DNA of 32,000 nt from Dickeya solani IPO 2222 (GTDB lineage: Bacteria; Pseudomonadota; Gammaproteobacteria; Enterobacterales; Enterobacteriaceae). The DNA lies in contig NZ_CP015137.1 of assembly GCF_001644705.1 (NCBI RefSeq), positions 3,060,001 through 3,092,000 of the forward strand, in the 5' to 3' direction. The notes beneath the pieces were generated by a model. The model was given only the letters and a program-made list of their open reading frames with translations. It ran no database searches and was not told the origin of the DNA. Each line of letters begins with the position of its first letter. Within the stretch, counting starts at the first letter, position 1. The translations under genes and the position numbers were made by a program. Shown here piece by piece: positions 15,577 to 25,351 of the stretch.

Positions 15577-16134
15577 ATGCGATCGAAAGGTTTTGATGGA
15601 ATGGTGTGTTCAATTGCCGGCGTGATGGCCGCAATTGGCGATCGCTGGGGGTTGTTGATTCTTCGTGATCTTGTTTTTGGCATCAGCCGATATGACGAGT
15701 TACGTCAATCATCCGGCGTAACCAATGCGACGCTAAGCAACCGACTCAAGCATCTTGAGGCGAACGGTCTTGTAGAGCGGCGGCGCTATCAAGTGAATCC
15801 CGAGCGATTTGAATACCGATTGACCCCAAATGGTTGGCAAATTGCCCCTGTAATGGTGCTGCTCTCTCAGATAGGGGATCGCTTAGATCTATCGGGCGCT
15901 TCAGCTCCTCCGCTGAAATTTGTGAATCGAAAAACGGGTGCCGATGTGCAGTGGAGTTTCATCGATCAGAGTACCGGAGAGCCGCTGAGCAGCGAAGATA
16001 TCGCCTTTGAGGAAGGCCCCGGTGCGGACGATTTGGTGCGCTGGCGGTTATCCCACACCGATCGCCGCCGTGAAGTCGACAGCATGACCATTTTGAGGGA
16101 CTTCCCTGTTCAAATTTCAAAGCATAAGGACTAA
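15577..16134 (+). CDS. HxlR-family winged-helix transcriptional regulator with a ~80-aa C-terminal extension
   Basis: CSIAGVMAAIGDRWGLLILRDLVFGISRYDELRQSSGVTNATLSNRLKHLEANGLVERRRYQVNPERFEYRLTPNG is the HxlR signature. The start is ambiguous between ATG 15577 and ATG 15601; the ORF opens at TTG 15565. Confidence 0.8.
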   Translation: MRSKGFDGMVCSIAGVMAAIGDRWGLLILRDLVFGISRYDELRQSSGVTNATLSNRLKHLEANGLVERRRYQVNPERFEYRLTPNGWQIAPVMVLLSQIGDRLDLSGASAPPLKFVNRKTGADVQWSFIDQSTGEPLSSEDIAFEEGPGADDLVRWRLSHTDRRREVDSMTILRDFPVQISKHKD

Positions 16135-16281
16135 AGCAGCCCTCTCAGATTTATGTAATTGTATCTTGACCTACAGCGTAAAACATTACGTAGAGTGTCG
16201 ATCAAATCTTAGGGCATATTTTGGATATAGCATTAAGTATCATTTATTAGTCTGGCAGTAAAAAGATTATCCAAGAGCGAT

Positions 16282-16314
16282 AAAAAAGAAGCCGCAATGT
16301 CTATCCATTGCGGC
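16282..16314 (-). terminator. Rho-independent terminator of crr
   Basis: On the minus strand, gccgcaatg-gataga-cattgcggc (plus coordinates 16291-16314) is followed by TTCTTTTTT (16282-16290). Confidence 0.85.
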
Positions 16315-16376
16315 GTTCTTAAAAGTTAAGTTAAGTATTGTGTCCGAAGGTGCCGTTTTTCATGACGGAAAGTCGC

Positions 16377-16886
16377 TTATTTCTTGATGCGAATAACCGG
16401 GGTTTCCCCAACGACAACGGTGCCGCTCAGCTTGGTCAGCTCTTTGATCTCGTCCATATTGGAGATCACGACCGGGGTCAGGGTGGACTTGGCTTTCTCT
16501 TCCAGCAACGGCAGATCAAACTCAATGACCACGTCGCCTTTTTTGACGCGCTGCCCTTCTTCCGCGATACGCTTAAAGCCTTCGCCTTTCAGTTCAACGG
16601 TATCAATACCGAAGTGAACGAACAGCTCGATGCCATTGTCTGATTCGATGGAAAAAGCATGGTTGGTTTCGAATATCTTACCAATGGTACCGTCCACCGG
16701 CGCGACCATTTTGTTACCGCTAGGCTTGATAGCGATACCATCGCCGACGATTTTCTCTGCGAATACCACATCAGGCACGTCTTCGATGTTGACGATTTCA
16801 CCGGATAACGGGGCAATGATTTCGATGCTGCCGGTTTCTTTCTTGTCGTCAGAAACCAGAGATTTCAGTTTATCGAACAAACCCAT
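16377..16886 (-). CDS. crr: PTS glucose-specific enzyme IIA component
   Basis: 169 aa and almost identical in sequence to E. coli Crr ([16 protein letters not shown]...[42 protein letters not shown]). Confidence 0.98.
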   Translation of the reverse strand: MGLFDKLKSLVSDDKKETGSIEIIAPLSGEIVNIEDVPDVVFAEKIVGDGIAIKPSGNKMVAPVDGTIGKIFETNHAFSIESDNGIELFVHFGIDTVELKGEGFKRIAEEGQRVKKGDVVIEFDLPLLEEKAKSTLTPVVISNMDEIKELTKLSGTVVVGETPVIRIKK

Positions 16887-16927
16887 GATTTTCTCCTAAG
16901 CATTAATATTGGGTCAGCACAGCGGTA

Positions 16928-18655
16928 TCAGCAAAGCGTCTTTTCTTTAATGAACCGGCTTACCAGACTGCTTAACTCTTCTGCTGTCGGCTTGGCTAAT
17001 GCCTGCTCCGCCAGCGCTTTCGCATCTTCGTAGTTGGCATTGCGAATAATTTTCTTGATGCGAGGAATCGAGATGGCACTCATGCTGAATTCATCCAGAC
17101 CCATCCCCAGCAGCAGCAGTGTAGCACGTTCGTCACCCGCGAGTTCACCACACATGCCTGTCCACTTGCCTTCGGCATGCGAGGCATCGATCACCTGCTT
17201 GATCAGGGTCAACACGGCCGGAGACATCGGGTTATAGAGATGAGAAATCAGCTCGTTCCCACGATCTACCGCCAGAGTATACTGGGTTAAGTCATTTGTC
17301 CCAATACTAAAGAAGTCAACTTCCTTCGCCAGATGATGGGCAATGGCCGCTGCGGCCGGGGTTTCCACCATCACGCCGACTTCGATTGTTTCGTCGAATA
17401 CTTTGCCTTCCGCGCGCAACTGGCCTTTGAGCATCTCCAGTTCGGCTTTCAGCGTACGCACTTCTTCCACCGAAATGATCATCGGGAACATGATGCGCAG
17501 TTTGCCAAACGCGGACGCACGCAGAATAGCGCGCAGCTGCGAATGCAGAATTTCCTTGCGATCAAGGCAGATACGAATCGCGCGCCAGCCAAGGAACGGG
17601 TTCTCTTCCTTCGGCAGGTCCATGTACGGCAGATCTTTATCGCCGCCGATGTCCATGGTGCGCACGATCACCGCCTGCTCGCCCACCGCTTCCGCGACGG
17701 CCTTGTAGGCCAGGAACTGCTCTTCTTCAGTCGGCAGGGCATCGCGGTCCATGAACAGGAATTCGGTGCGATACAGGCCCACGCCTTCCGCGCCGTTACG
17801 CTCAGCGCCGGCGACGTCGCGCACGGTGCCGATGTTGGCGCACACTTCTACCTGATGACCGTCCAGCGAGATGGCCGGCAGATCTTTCAGTTTGGCGAGT
17901 TCGTATTTCTCGGTGTCGTACTGTTCCTGAACGGCCTTGAGCTGGTCAATGGTGGCCTGCTCAGGGTTCTGGTAAATCTTGTTGTTTACCCCGTCCAGAA
18001 TGATGAAATCGCCGTTCTTGATTTTCTGGGTGGCGTCGGTGGTGCCCACGATGGCCGGCAGCTCCAGCGAGCGCGCCATGATCGAGGTATGGGACGTGCG
18101 TCCGCCGATATCGGTAATGAAACCCAGCACCTTGTTCAGGTTCAACTGCGCGGTTTCGGACGGGGTCAGATCCTTGGCAATCAGAATCACTTCGTCCTGG
18201 ATGTCGCCCAGGTCGACGATGTGCAGGCCCAGAATGTTTTTCAGCAGGCGCTTGCCGATGTCGCGCATATCTGCGGCGCGCTCTTTCAGGTATTCGTCAT
18301 CCAGTTCTTCCAGCGCTTTCGCCTGGGTCTCGATGACGGAAAACGCCGCCGCGTCTGCGGACGCGTGGTCGTCTTTAATCAGGGAGATGATTTCCTGCTC
18401 GAATTCCTCATCTTCCAACAGCATGATATGCCCTTCGAAGATGGCTTCTTTCTCTGGCCCCAGCGTTTCAGCCGCTTTTTGCTTGATCGCTTCCAACTGC
18501 TTCGAGGCTTTGGCGCGACCCGTCAGAAAGAGTTCGATTTCCTGATCGACCTGGTCTGCAGAGATTTTTTTCCGGTTGACGACAATCTCGTCCTCTTTCA
18601 GTAGCAGCGCCTTACCAAAAGCAATTCCCGGTGATACTAATATGCCTGAAATCAT
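16928..18655 (-). CDS. ptsI: Phosphoenolpyruvate-protein phosphotransferase (PTS enzyme I)
   Basis: 575 aa and colinear with E. coli PtsI along its full length ([24 protein letters not shown]...[22 protein letters not shown]...). Confidence 0.98.
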   Translation of the reverse strand: MISGILVSPGIAFGKALLLKEDEIVVNRKKISADQVDQEIELFLTGRAKASKQLEAIKQKAAETLGPEKEAIFEGHIMLLEDEEFEQEIISLIKDDHASADAAAFSVIETQAKALEELDDEYLKERAADMRDIGKRLLKNILGLHIVDLGDIQDEVILIAKDLTPSETAQLNLNKVLGFITDIGGRTSHTSIMARSLELPAIVGTTDATQKIKNGDFIILDGVNNKIYQNPEQATIDQLKAVQEQYDTEKYELAKLKDLPAISLDGHQVEVCANIGTVRDVAGAERNGAEGVGLYRTEFLFMDRDALPTEEEQFLAYKAVAEAVGEQAVIVRTMDIGGDKDLPYMDLPKEENPFLGWRAIRICLDRKEILHSQLRAILRASAFGKLRIMFPMIISVEEVRTLKAELEMLKGQLRAEGKVFDETIEVGVMVETPAAAAIAHHLAKEVDFFSIGTNDLTQYTLAVDRGNELISHLYNPMSPAVLTLIKQVIDASHAEGKWTGMCGELAGDERATLLLLGMGLDEFSMSAISIPRIKKIIRNANYEDAKALAEQALAKPTAEELSSLVSRFIKEKTLC

Positions 18656-18702
18656 AACCCTACCTTACTTGATTCTGATGTTCACTAAAGAGAGCGGGCC
18701 GT

Positions 18703-18960
18703 TTACTCAAGCTCAGCCATCAGTTTAACCAGATGTTCAACGGCGTGCTGCTCGTCTTCACCTTCGGCGGAAATGGTGACCACGGTACCCTGGGTCAGAC
18801 CGAGGGTCTGCAGTTTGAACAGGCTCTTGGCGCTGGCGCTTTTGCCGTTGGAGGTAACGGTGATTTCAGAGGTGAATCCTTTAGCTTCTTTCACAAACTG
18901 TGCGGCGGGACGAGTGTGCAGGCCATTCGGCGCGGTAATCGTTACTTCTTGCTGGAACAT
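18703..18960 (-). CDS. ptsH: Phosphocarrier protein HPr
   Basis: The 85-aa product [84 protein letters not shown] is essentially E. coli HPr. The ORF opens 11 codons upstream, but ATG 18960 matches the known N-terminus. Confidence 0.98.
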   Translation of the reverse strand: MFQQEVTITAPNGLHTRPAAQFVKEAKGFTSEITVTSNGKSASAKSLFKLQTLGLTQGTVVTISAEGEDEQHAVEHLVKLMAELE

Positions 18961-19308
18961 TCTGTTTTCCCCAACTTGTTGGATTAGGTTCATGTTGTGG
19001 AACTAAAGTTTAGTGTATGTACTGAACTTTAGCCTGTTTGGTTGCCCTGAATGGTTCAGGACAGGCCGGGATGCGGTTGAGGGAAACGGTGTTCGCTTAC
19101 CCCTGGTTTAAACGTCGACAATGCCCCGTGTTTTGATCCTGCGATCGATGAAGCGTCCGGCCGTGCTGCTCCATGTCGCTGGAATGATATCCGTATGTTG
19201 GGGCCTCGATGGATATTAATTTCACGCATCAAAATAATTGTTCGGTTAAATACTAAACCTGGCCGGGAAAAGCAATGTGTAAGTAGCAGAAAGTTTGAAC
19301 TCGGCCAC

Positions 19309-19336
19309 AAAAAAGCACCCCGCAGGGTGCTTTTTT
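19309..19336 (-). terminator. Rho-independent terminator of cysK (symmetrical, A-run and T-run flanked)
   Basis: aaaaaa-gcaccc-cgca-gggtgc-tttttt, with the stem at 19315-19320 and 19325-19330. Confidence 0.85.
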
Positions 19337-19369
19337 AACTTTTAAATCACATTTGTGACCAGCGGAAAC

Positions 19370-20338
19370 TTATTGCTGCAGTTCCTGTTCGGTGAACAAA
19401 TCGGCAAACAACGCCGTACTGAGGTAACGTTCGCCGGAAGAGGGCAGGATCACCACGATGGTTTTGTTGGCGAATTCCTCTTCCTTCAACAGGTTCAGGG
19501 CGGCCGCTACCGCTGCGCCCGAAGAGATGCCCGCCAGAATGCCTTCTTCTTCCATCAGACGACGTGCGGTATGGATAGCGTCTTCGTTGGTAACGCGCTC
19601 GACGCGATCGACCAGTTTCAGGTCCAGGTTAGCTGGGATGAAACCGGCGCCGATCCCCTGGATCTTGTGCGGACCGGGTTTGATCTCTTCACCAGCCAGC
19701 GCCTGGGTGATTACCGGCGAGTCGGTTGGCTCAACGGCGACAGAGATAATGGCTTTACCCTTGGTGTTCTTGATGTAACGGCTAACCCCGGTCAACGTAC
19801 CGCCGGTGCCCACGCCGGAAATGAACACGTCCACTTCGCCGTCGGTGTCTTCCCAGATTTCCGGACCGGTGGTTTTTTCGTGAATTTCCGGGTTGGCCGG
19901 GTTACTGAACTGCTGCAGCAGCAGGTAACGTTGCGGGTCGATGGCTACGATTTCTTCGGCTTTGGCGATCGCGCCCTTCATGCCTTTGGCGCCTTCGGTC
20001 AGCACCAGGTTGGCGCCCAGCGCCTTGAGCAGCTTGCGACGTTCAATACTCATGGTTTCCGGCATGGTCAGCGTCAGTTTGTAACCGCGCGCCGCCGCCA
20101 CATACGCCAGTGCGATACCGGTATTCCCGCTGGTCGGTTCTACGAGTTCGATGCCGGGCTTCAGCACACCGCGCTTTTCGGCATCCCAAATCAGATTGGC
20201 GCCGATGCGGCATTTCACGCTGAAGCTCGGGTTACGCGACTCCACCTTAGCCAGAATACGCCCATTGCCGATGCGATTCAGACGAACCAGCGGCGTATGA
20301 CCGATAGTGAAAGAATTGTCTTCGTAGATCTTACTCAT
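19370..20338 (-). CDS. cysK: Cysteine synthase A (O-acetylserine sulfhydrylase A)
   Basis: 322 aa and colinear with E. coli CysK ([56 protein letters not shown]...). Confidence 0.98.
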   Translation of the reverse strand: MSKIYEDNSFTIGHTPLVRLNRIGNGRILAKVESRNPSFSVKCRIGANLIWDAEKRGVLKPGIELVEPTSGNTGIALAYVAAARGYKLTLTMPETMSIERRKLLKALGANLVLTEGAKGMKGAIAKAEEIVAIDPQRYLLLQQFSNPANPEIHEKTTGPEIWEDTDGEVDVFISGVGTGGTLTGVSRYIKNTKGKAIISVAVEPTDSPVITQALAGEEIKPGPHKIQGIGAGFIPANLDLKLVDRVERVTNEDAIHTARRLMEEEGILAGISSGAAVAAALNLLKEEEFANKTIVVILPSSGERYLSTALFADLFTEQELQQ

Positions 20339-20501
20339 AGCCCGTCCTTAATAACTGTATGAAATTTTTGCGAACCGTAGAGAGAATACTCGTTCGGGAC
20401 AGCCAGTGAAGGAAAGAATCGCTATATCGATATGTTCTGAGGAAATATGTTTTCATCAATATCAAGTTATAGAACATACTTAGTGTTAGCATCCTGCTCA
20501 C

Positions 20502-21272
20502 TCAGCTCCGGTACAAGGTGCCGGAAAGATGACGGTAACGATCCACCCACAGCGCCGTAGCGCCGCAGACCGCCACCGGCATGATCAACAAATTCAGCAA
20601 CGGCACCATGGTGCACAGGCTGACCAGCGCGCCAAACTGTAGGTTGGTCAGCTTGTTTTGTCGCAGCGCCTGCCGCATGGCTGAAAAACCGACTTTGTGG
20701 TTGTCGAACGGGTAATCGCAGTACTGGATTGCCAGCATCCAGGCGCCAAACAGGAACCACACCACCGGCACCACTGTCTGGCCGATGCCAGGCACGAAAT
20801 ACAACAGCAGCAACACCAGTACCCGCGGTAAATAATAGGCCAGTTTTTGAATTTCGCGCCGCATGATGCGGGGCACGTCTTTGGCGATATCGAAGATACC
20901 GCTGGCCGGCAGCGGCTGGCCGGTCAGCCTGGCTTCCAGTTGTTCCGCCAGCAGGCCGTTGAACGGCGCGGCAATCAGGTTGGTGATGGTGCTGAAAAAA
21001 TAGCTGAACACCAGTAGCACGGAGAGGGTCACCAGCGGCCAGAGCAGGTAGCTCAGCCACTGCAGCCAGTCCGGGACATGGGTCATCAGTTGCGGTATCC
21101 AGGTGCCAAGCTGGCGGAACAACCACCAAAAGGCGCCGCCCATCAGCAGGATATTAACCAGCATGGGAAGAATGACAAAACGGCGGATGCCGGGCAGTGA
21201 GAGAAGTTGCCAGCCTTTCAGAAAGTAATGCAGGCCGCTGTGTTTGGGATCAAGGTGTTGCGTGTAAGACAT
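20502..21272 (-). CDS. cysZ: Sulfate transporter CysZ
   Basis: 256 aa and colinear with E. coli CysZ ([24 protein letters not shown]...[16 protein letters not shown]...[14 protein letters not shown]). It sits in the conserved position upstream of cysK. Confidence 0.96.
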   Translation of the reverse strand: MSYTQHLDPKHSGLHYFLKGWQLLSLPGIRRFVILPMLVNILLMGGAFWWLFRQLGTWIPQLMTHVPDWLQWLSYLLWPLVTLSVLLVFSYFFSTITNLIAAPFNGLLAEQLEARLTGQPLPASGIFDIAKDVPRIMRREIQKLAYYLPRVLVLLLLYFVPGIGQTVVPVVWFLFGAWMLAIQYCDYPFDNHKVGFSAMRQALRQNKLTNLQFGALVSLCTMVPLLNLLIMPVAVCGATALWVDRYRHLSGTLYRS

Positions 21273-21494
21273 GGTGTTGTTCTCACCCTATGATATGCAG
21301 GTTACGGCATCATATCGGGATGATTTTCAGCTGGCTAGTTGCGATTTGCATGAAAAAACGGCAAAAAAATGCCCGCTGTCGATCTTTATTATCATAAACT
21401 AGCGCCCAGACTTGCACTTGGGTACACAGGCAAATACAGTTAGAGATATGTGTATTTGCCGTAGTGGCAACGTATTGGAATAACTGGGATAGCA

Positions 21495-22418
21495 ATGATG
21501 CAGGACCTGCGTCTGATCTTGATTGTTGTTGGCGCGATCGCAATTATAGCACTGTTACTGCATGGTCTTTGGACAAGCCGTAAGGAGCGCTCGTCCCTTT
21601 TTCGCGATCGTCCGGTAAAACGCCTGAAGCCAAAGCGTGATGACGCCCCGTTGGAAGAGCTTGACGAAGGGGTCGGCGAGGTGCGGGTAACGCACCAGCA
21701 GAATCCTTCGCCCGGCAACTATGCGCCTTCGGGCGAGCGTTCAGCGCCGTCCTTCGGACAGGAGCCGGCGGCCTATGATCCGCTGCTGGATGATGTCGAG
21801 CCACAAGCGCCGTTGCGTCAACCCGTTCAGCCTGCGGCGTCGCGGGCAGAGCCTCAATCCGCTCCCCAGTATCAGCAACCGCAGCCTCATTCGGTATCCG
21901 AACCGGCGACGCGCATTGTTGACGAGACCGCGCCTGAAGCCTATGACCGGCAACCCGAACCGCCGGTGTCTGACGCGCCTGTAGCCGCACAGCAGCAGGA
22001 GGCTGTGCTGGTGCTGCATGTGGCGGCTCATCAGGGCGGGGTGATCGGCGGTGAATTGTTGTTGCAAAGCGTGTTGCAGTCCGGTTTCCAGTTCGGCGAA
22101 ATGAACATTTTCCACCGCCACGTCAATCCGGCGGGCAGCGGCCCGGTGCTGTTCAGCCTGGCTAACATGGTCAAACCCGGTTCTTTCAATGTGGAAGCGA
22201 TGTCCGAGTTCACCACGCCGGGCGTGTCGATTTTCATGATGGTGCCGTCTTACGGCGACGCCAGTCAGAATTTCAAGCTGATGCTGCAGTCGGCTCAGCG
22301 TATCGCTGATGACGTGGGCGGTGTGGTGCTGGACGACGAGCGTCGTCTGGTGACGCCGCAGAAAGTGGAAGCCTATAAAGCCCGTATTCGCGCAGTACTC
22401 AAGGCTAATGGCGAATAG
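21495..22418 (+). CDS. zipA: Cell division protein ZipA
   Basis: [40 protein letters not shown], then a P/Q-rich linker and the conserved FtsZ-binding C-terminal domain ([11 protein letters not shown]....[41 protein letters not shown]). It is divergent from cysZ as in E. coli. Confidence 0.97.
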   Translation: MMQDLRLILIVVGAIAIIALLLHGLWTSRKERSSLFRDRPVKRLKPKRDDAPLEELDEGVGEVRVTHQQNPSPGNYAPSGERSAPSFGQEPAAYDPLLDDVEPQAPLRQPVQPAASRAEPQSAPQYQQPQPHSVSEPATRIVDETAPEAYDRQPEPPVSDAPVAAQQQEAVLVLHVAAHQGGVIGGELLLQSVLQSGFQFGEMNIFHRHVNPAGSGPVLFSLANMVKPGSFNVEAMSEFTTPGVSIFMMVPSYGDASQNFKLMLQSAQRIADDVGGVVLDDERRLVTPQKVEAYKARIRAVLKANGE

Positions 22419-22470
22419 CGCTCAGGACGAATAACGGCGAATGTGTCGTTAATACTTGTAGTTTTCAGAA

Positions 22471-22493
22471 GCCTCCGTCCGCGGGGGCTTTTT
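22471..22493 (+). terminator. Rho-independent terminator of zipA
   Basis: Stem gcctccg (22471-22477) pairs with cgggggc (22482-22488, one G-U pair), followed by a T5 run (22489-22493). Confidence 0.7.
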
Positions 22494-22581
22494 ACTTTCA
22501 CTGTGATCGTCCGTGCGGCGTTCACGTTCAGTGTGTCGGCGCAGGGCGAGATGCGCGCCGGCTGGCGACAAGGTGCAGACA

Positions 22582-23835
22582 GTGGGCGGCAGTAATACAT
22601 TAAAACAGGAATTGGGGCTGGTTCAGGGCATCGGGTTGTTGTCGACCTCGTTGCTGGGGACCGGCGTGTTTGCCGTGCCTGCACTGGTGGCGGAGCAGGC
22701 GCGGGGCGATAGCCTGTGGGCCTGGCCGCTGCTGATTGCGCTGGTGTTTCCGATAGCCATTGCCTTTGCGTCGCTTGGCCGGCACTTTCCGAATGCCGGC
22801 GGCGCGGCGCATTTTGTTCGGCTGGCGTTTGGCCCCCGGCTGGCCAGGGTCACCGGTTGGTTATTCTTGTCAGTTATTCCGGTTGGTTTGCCCGCCGCGA
22901 TGCAAATCGCGGCCGGTTTCTGGCAGGCGGCCTTTGGCCTGACTGCGGGCGGCTTGCTGCTGGTGCAATTACTGACGCTGGCCGTGATTTGGCTGCTGGG
23001 AATGCGTAGCGCCGGCTCCAGCGCCACGGTACAGACGCTGATTGCGCTGCTGGTCGTCTTGCTGGTGGCGGCTATCTGGTGGCAGGGCCGGATTACGCCG
23101 TCCCAGATTCCGTGGCCTGCGTTGGCGGACATTAACGGAGCGAAGATGCTGGACGCGCTGGCGGTGATGTTCTGGTGCTTCGTCGGGCTGGAGGCTTTTG
23201 CCCATTTGGCGACGGAGTTCAAATCGCCCGAGCGGGATTTTCCTCGCGCACTGCTGATCGGCATGCTGCTGGCGGGCGTCGTTTACTGGGGATGTACTGT
23301 CGCGGTGCTGCATTTCGGGGCGTATGGCCCTCACCAGGCGGCTACCGCTTCTTTACCCGGTATTGTGGTGCGTCTGTTTGGCGATCATGCATTGTGGCTG
23401 GCTTGCATCGTGGGTTATCTCGCCTGTTTCGCCAGCGTGAATATCTATACTCAGGGCTTTGCGCGGCTGGTGTGGTCGCAGGCGCCTGAAGAGAGCCGGC
23501 TGTCCCGGTTATCGGCGTCGCGTACGCCGGTGAATGCGTTGTCGCTGGTGGTGGCTTGCTGTCTGATCTGCTGTTTGATCATTTACTGGCTGAATTTGCC
23601 GTTGTCCGAACTGATTGTTTACGCCAACGGCATTTTCATTCTGATTTATCTGCTGTGCATGCTGGCGGGGTGGCGCCTGTTGAGTGGGCGTTCTCGGGTG
23701 ATGGCGATCGTCGGCAGCGTGCTGTGCGCGGCGCTGTTGTTGACGCTCGGCTGGAAGTCGTTGTATGCGTTGGGGATGCTGGCGGCGTTGTGGCTGATGT
23801 TGCCAGCCAGACGCGGCGAGGCGGTGGCTGACTGA
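22582..23835 (+). CDS. yjeH: APC-superfamily L-methionine/branched-chain amino acid exporter (YjeH-like)
   Basis: Colinear with E. coli YjeH (LKQELGL.QGIGLLSTSLLGTGVFAVPAL...SLWAWP.LI.LVFPIAI.FA.LGRH.P.AGG.AHFV...FWCFVGLEAFAHLA.EFK.PERDFPRAL). The start is uncertain: GTG 22582 (an AAGG lies 8 nt upstream) aligns with the E. coli N-terminus, but the ORF opens at GTG 22513. Confidence 0.88.
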   Translation: MGGSNTLKQELGLVQGIGLLSTSLLGTGVFAVPALVAEQARGDSLWAWPLLIALVFPIAIAFASLGRHFPNAGGAAHFVRLAFGPRLARVTGWLFLSVIPVGLPAAMQIAAGFWQAAFGLTAGGLLLVQLLTLAVIWLLGMRSAGSSATVQTLIALLVVLLVAAIWWQGRITPSQIPWPALADINGAKMLDALAVMFWCFVGLEAFAHLATEFKSPERDFPRALLIGMLLAGVVYWGCTVAVLHFGAYGPHQAATASLPGIVVRLFGDHALWLACIVGYLACFASVNIYTQGFARLVWSQAPEESRLSRLSASRTPVNALSLVVACCLICCLIIYWLNLPLSELIVYANGIFILIYLLCMLAGWRLLSGRSRVMAIVGSVLCAALLLTLGWKSLYALGMLAALWLMLPARRGEAVAD

Positions 23836-23844
23836 AAGTAGACA

Positions 23845-23869
23845 CAGACAGGGCAGAAAGCCCTGTCTG
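23845..23869. terminator. Strong hairpin between convergent yjeH and ubiK (possible bidirectional terminator; no clear U tract)
   Basis: cagacagggc (23845-23854) pairs with gccctgtctg (23860-23869) across the loop agaaa. Confidence 0.45.
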
Positions 23870-23889
23870 GCGTCGCATGCTGGCGAGAA

Positions 23890-24174
23890 TTACTGCGGAT
23901 CGGCAGGCGGCTGTTGTGTCGGCTCGCTGCCTGCAGCTTTCGCTTCCAGCGCGCTCAGACGCTGCTCCAGCAGCGCCAGTTTTTCGCGGGTTCGCAACAA
24001 TACCTGGGTTTGCACGTCAAACTCTTCGCGGCTGACCAAATCCAGTTTGCCCAGCTGTGATTGCAAAATCTGACGGATTTTCTTCTCTACATCCTCGCCA
24101 AATTCCCGGATGCCTTTTGGCATGGATTCCTGCACCTGACGGGCAATCTGCTCTAACTTTTTCGGGTCAATCAT
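23890..24174 (-). CDS. ubiK: Ubiquinone biosynthesis accessory factor UbiK (YqiC)
   Basis: [72 protein letters not shown] is near-identical to E. coli YqiC. An AGGAA Shine-Dalgarno precedes ATG 24174. It is divergent from ribB as in E. coli. Confidence 0.93.
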   Translation of the reverse strand: MIDPKKLEQIARQVQESMPKGIREFGEDVEKKIRQILQSQLGKLDLVSREEFDVQTQVLLRTREKLALLEQRLSALEAKAAGSEPTQQPPADPQ

Positions 24175-24299
24175 GACGCTTTCCTGAACTGTTTGACGAA
24201 ATGGCGAATATAACTCAAGTGTAATGCCAGACTGGCGTTGTATAAACAAAAAGTGATTTTCATGAGATGAATTTTGCGATCCATAAGCGGGGTTAGAGA

Positions 24300-24328
24300 T
24301 TGCCCGTCCTTCCGGTTAGCGCTATAGT
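24300..24328 (+). promoter_or_regulatory. Candidate sigma70 promoter of the ribB leader
   Basis: TTGCCC (24300-24305), a 17-nt spacer, then TATAGT (24323-24328). This places the transcription start a few nt before the first conserved riboswitch nucleotides. Confidence 0.5.
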
Positions 24329-24334
24329 AACCCT

Positions 24335-24496
24335 GCTTATTCTCAGGGCGGGGCGTAATTCCCCACCGGCGGTAAACCAGTTTGCGCCATCAGGCCAGTT
24401 GGAAGCCCGCGAGCGCTCAGGCGGTATCGTTTGAGGTCAGCAGATCCGGTGAAATTCCGGGGCCGACGGTAATAGTCCGGATGGGAGAGAGTAACG
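24335..24496 (+). promoter_or_regulatory. FMN riboswitch (RFN element) aptamer in the ribB leader; the expression platform extends to about 24615
   Basis: gcttattctcagggcggggcgtaattccccaccggcggtaaa...agcccgcgagcgc...cagcagatccggtgaaattccggggccgacggtaatagtccggatgggagagagtaacgg matches the conserved RFN core and the E. coli ribB leader almost base for base. U-rich tracts follow at 24526-24553. Confidence 0.93.
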
Positions 24497-24621
24497 GTTT
24501 CTGACAGGCTTGCGCCTGCCCGCGTTATTTTTGCGTTTTTGCCTGTTTTTTCAGAGCAAAAGCGACTCCTCAAGCTAGCCCTGATTCTGGTAATCCATAT
24601 TAACAATGAGGTTTTTTTACC

Positions 24622-25275
24622 ATGAATCAGACTTTACTTTCCGAATTCGGTACCCCTGTCGAACGTGTTGAACGTGCGCTGGATGCGCTGCGCCACGGCC
24701 GCGGCGTAATGGTGCTGGACGATGAAGATCGTGAAAACGAAGGTGACATGATTTTCCCGGCCGAAACCATGACCGTTGAGCAGATGGCGCTGACCATTCG
24801 TCACGGCAGCGGCATCGTGTGCCTGTGTCTCACCGAAGAACGCCGCCAGAAGCTGGAACTGCCGATGATGGTGGAAAACAATTCCAGCCATTTTCAGACC
24901 GCGTTCACCGTCACGATTGAAGCCGCCGAAGGCGTCACCACTGGCGTATCCGCCGCTGACCGTCTGACCACGATTCGCGCCGCAACTGCCGATGATGCCC
25001 GCCCGAGCGACCTGAACCGCCCCGGCCATGTGTTCCCGTTGCGTGCGCAGCCGGGCGGCGTGCTGGCGCGCGGCGGCCATACCGAAGCCACCGTGGATCT
25101 GATGCGTCTGGCAGGGTTCAAACCGTTCGGCGTGTTGTGCGAATTGACGAATGACGATGGTTCTATGGCCCACGCGCCGGAAGTGATCGCCTTCGCGAAA
25201 CAGCACGCTATGCCGGTACTGACTATCGAGGATTTGGTGGCCTATCGCCAGGCGGCTGAGCGCAAAGCCAGCTGA
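24622..25275 (+). CDS. ribB: 3,4-dihydroxy-2-butanone-4-phosphate synthase
   Basis: 217 aa and colinear with E. coli RibB ([63 protein letters not shown]...). Confidence 0.97.
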   Translation: MNQTLLSEFGTPVERVERALDALRHGRGVMVLDDEDRENEGDMIFPAETMTVEQMALTIRHGSGIVCLCLTEERRQKLELPMMVENNSSHFQTAFTVTIEAAEGVTTGVSAADRLTTIRAATADDARPSDLNRPGHVFPLRAQPGGVLARGGHTEATVDLMRLAGFKPFGVLCELTNDDGSMAHAPEVIAFAKQHAMPVLTIEDLVAYRQAAERKAS

Positions 25276-25310
25276 TTATCAGGCGGCATGCCGTTGAGTG
25301 TTGTTCCTGC

Positions 25311-25340
25311 AGGGCCGGCTTTCCGGCCCTGATTGTTTTC
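25311..25340 (+). terminator. Terminator hairpin between convergent ribB and tehB
   Basis: agggccgg (25311-25318) pairs with ccggccct (25323-25330), followed by gattgtttt. Confidence 0.6.
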
Positions 25341-25351
25341 AAGCGCCGGTT

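Noticed and set aside
17333-18604. 423-aa plus-strand ORF covering most of the ptsI locus.
   Set aside because: It is antisense to an unambiguous, full-length ptsI. Its translation is compositionally odd (runs of R, G, F, Q, H, V) with no recognisable domain. Long antisense ORFs are expected in GC-rich coding DNA.
19056-19310. 84-aa minus-strand ORF between cysK and ptsH.
   Set aside because: It lies in the known ptsH promoter/leader spacer, starts within a few nt of the cysK terminator, and has no Shine-Dalgarno and no recognisable similarity.
19355-20362. 335-aa plus-strand ORF spanning the whole cysK locus.
   Set aside because: It is the exact antisense shadow of cysK, which is near-identical to E. 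coli CysK. There is no RBS and the content is low-complexity.
24343-24606. 87-aa minus-strand ORF upstream of ribB.
   Set aside because: It is antisense to the highly conserved FMN riboswitch, and the conservation is explained by the RNA element.
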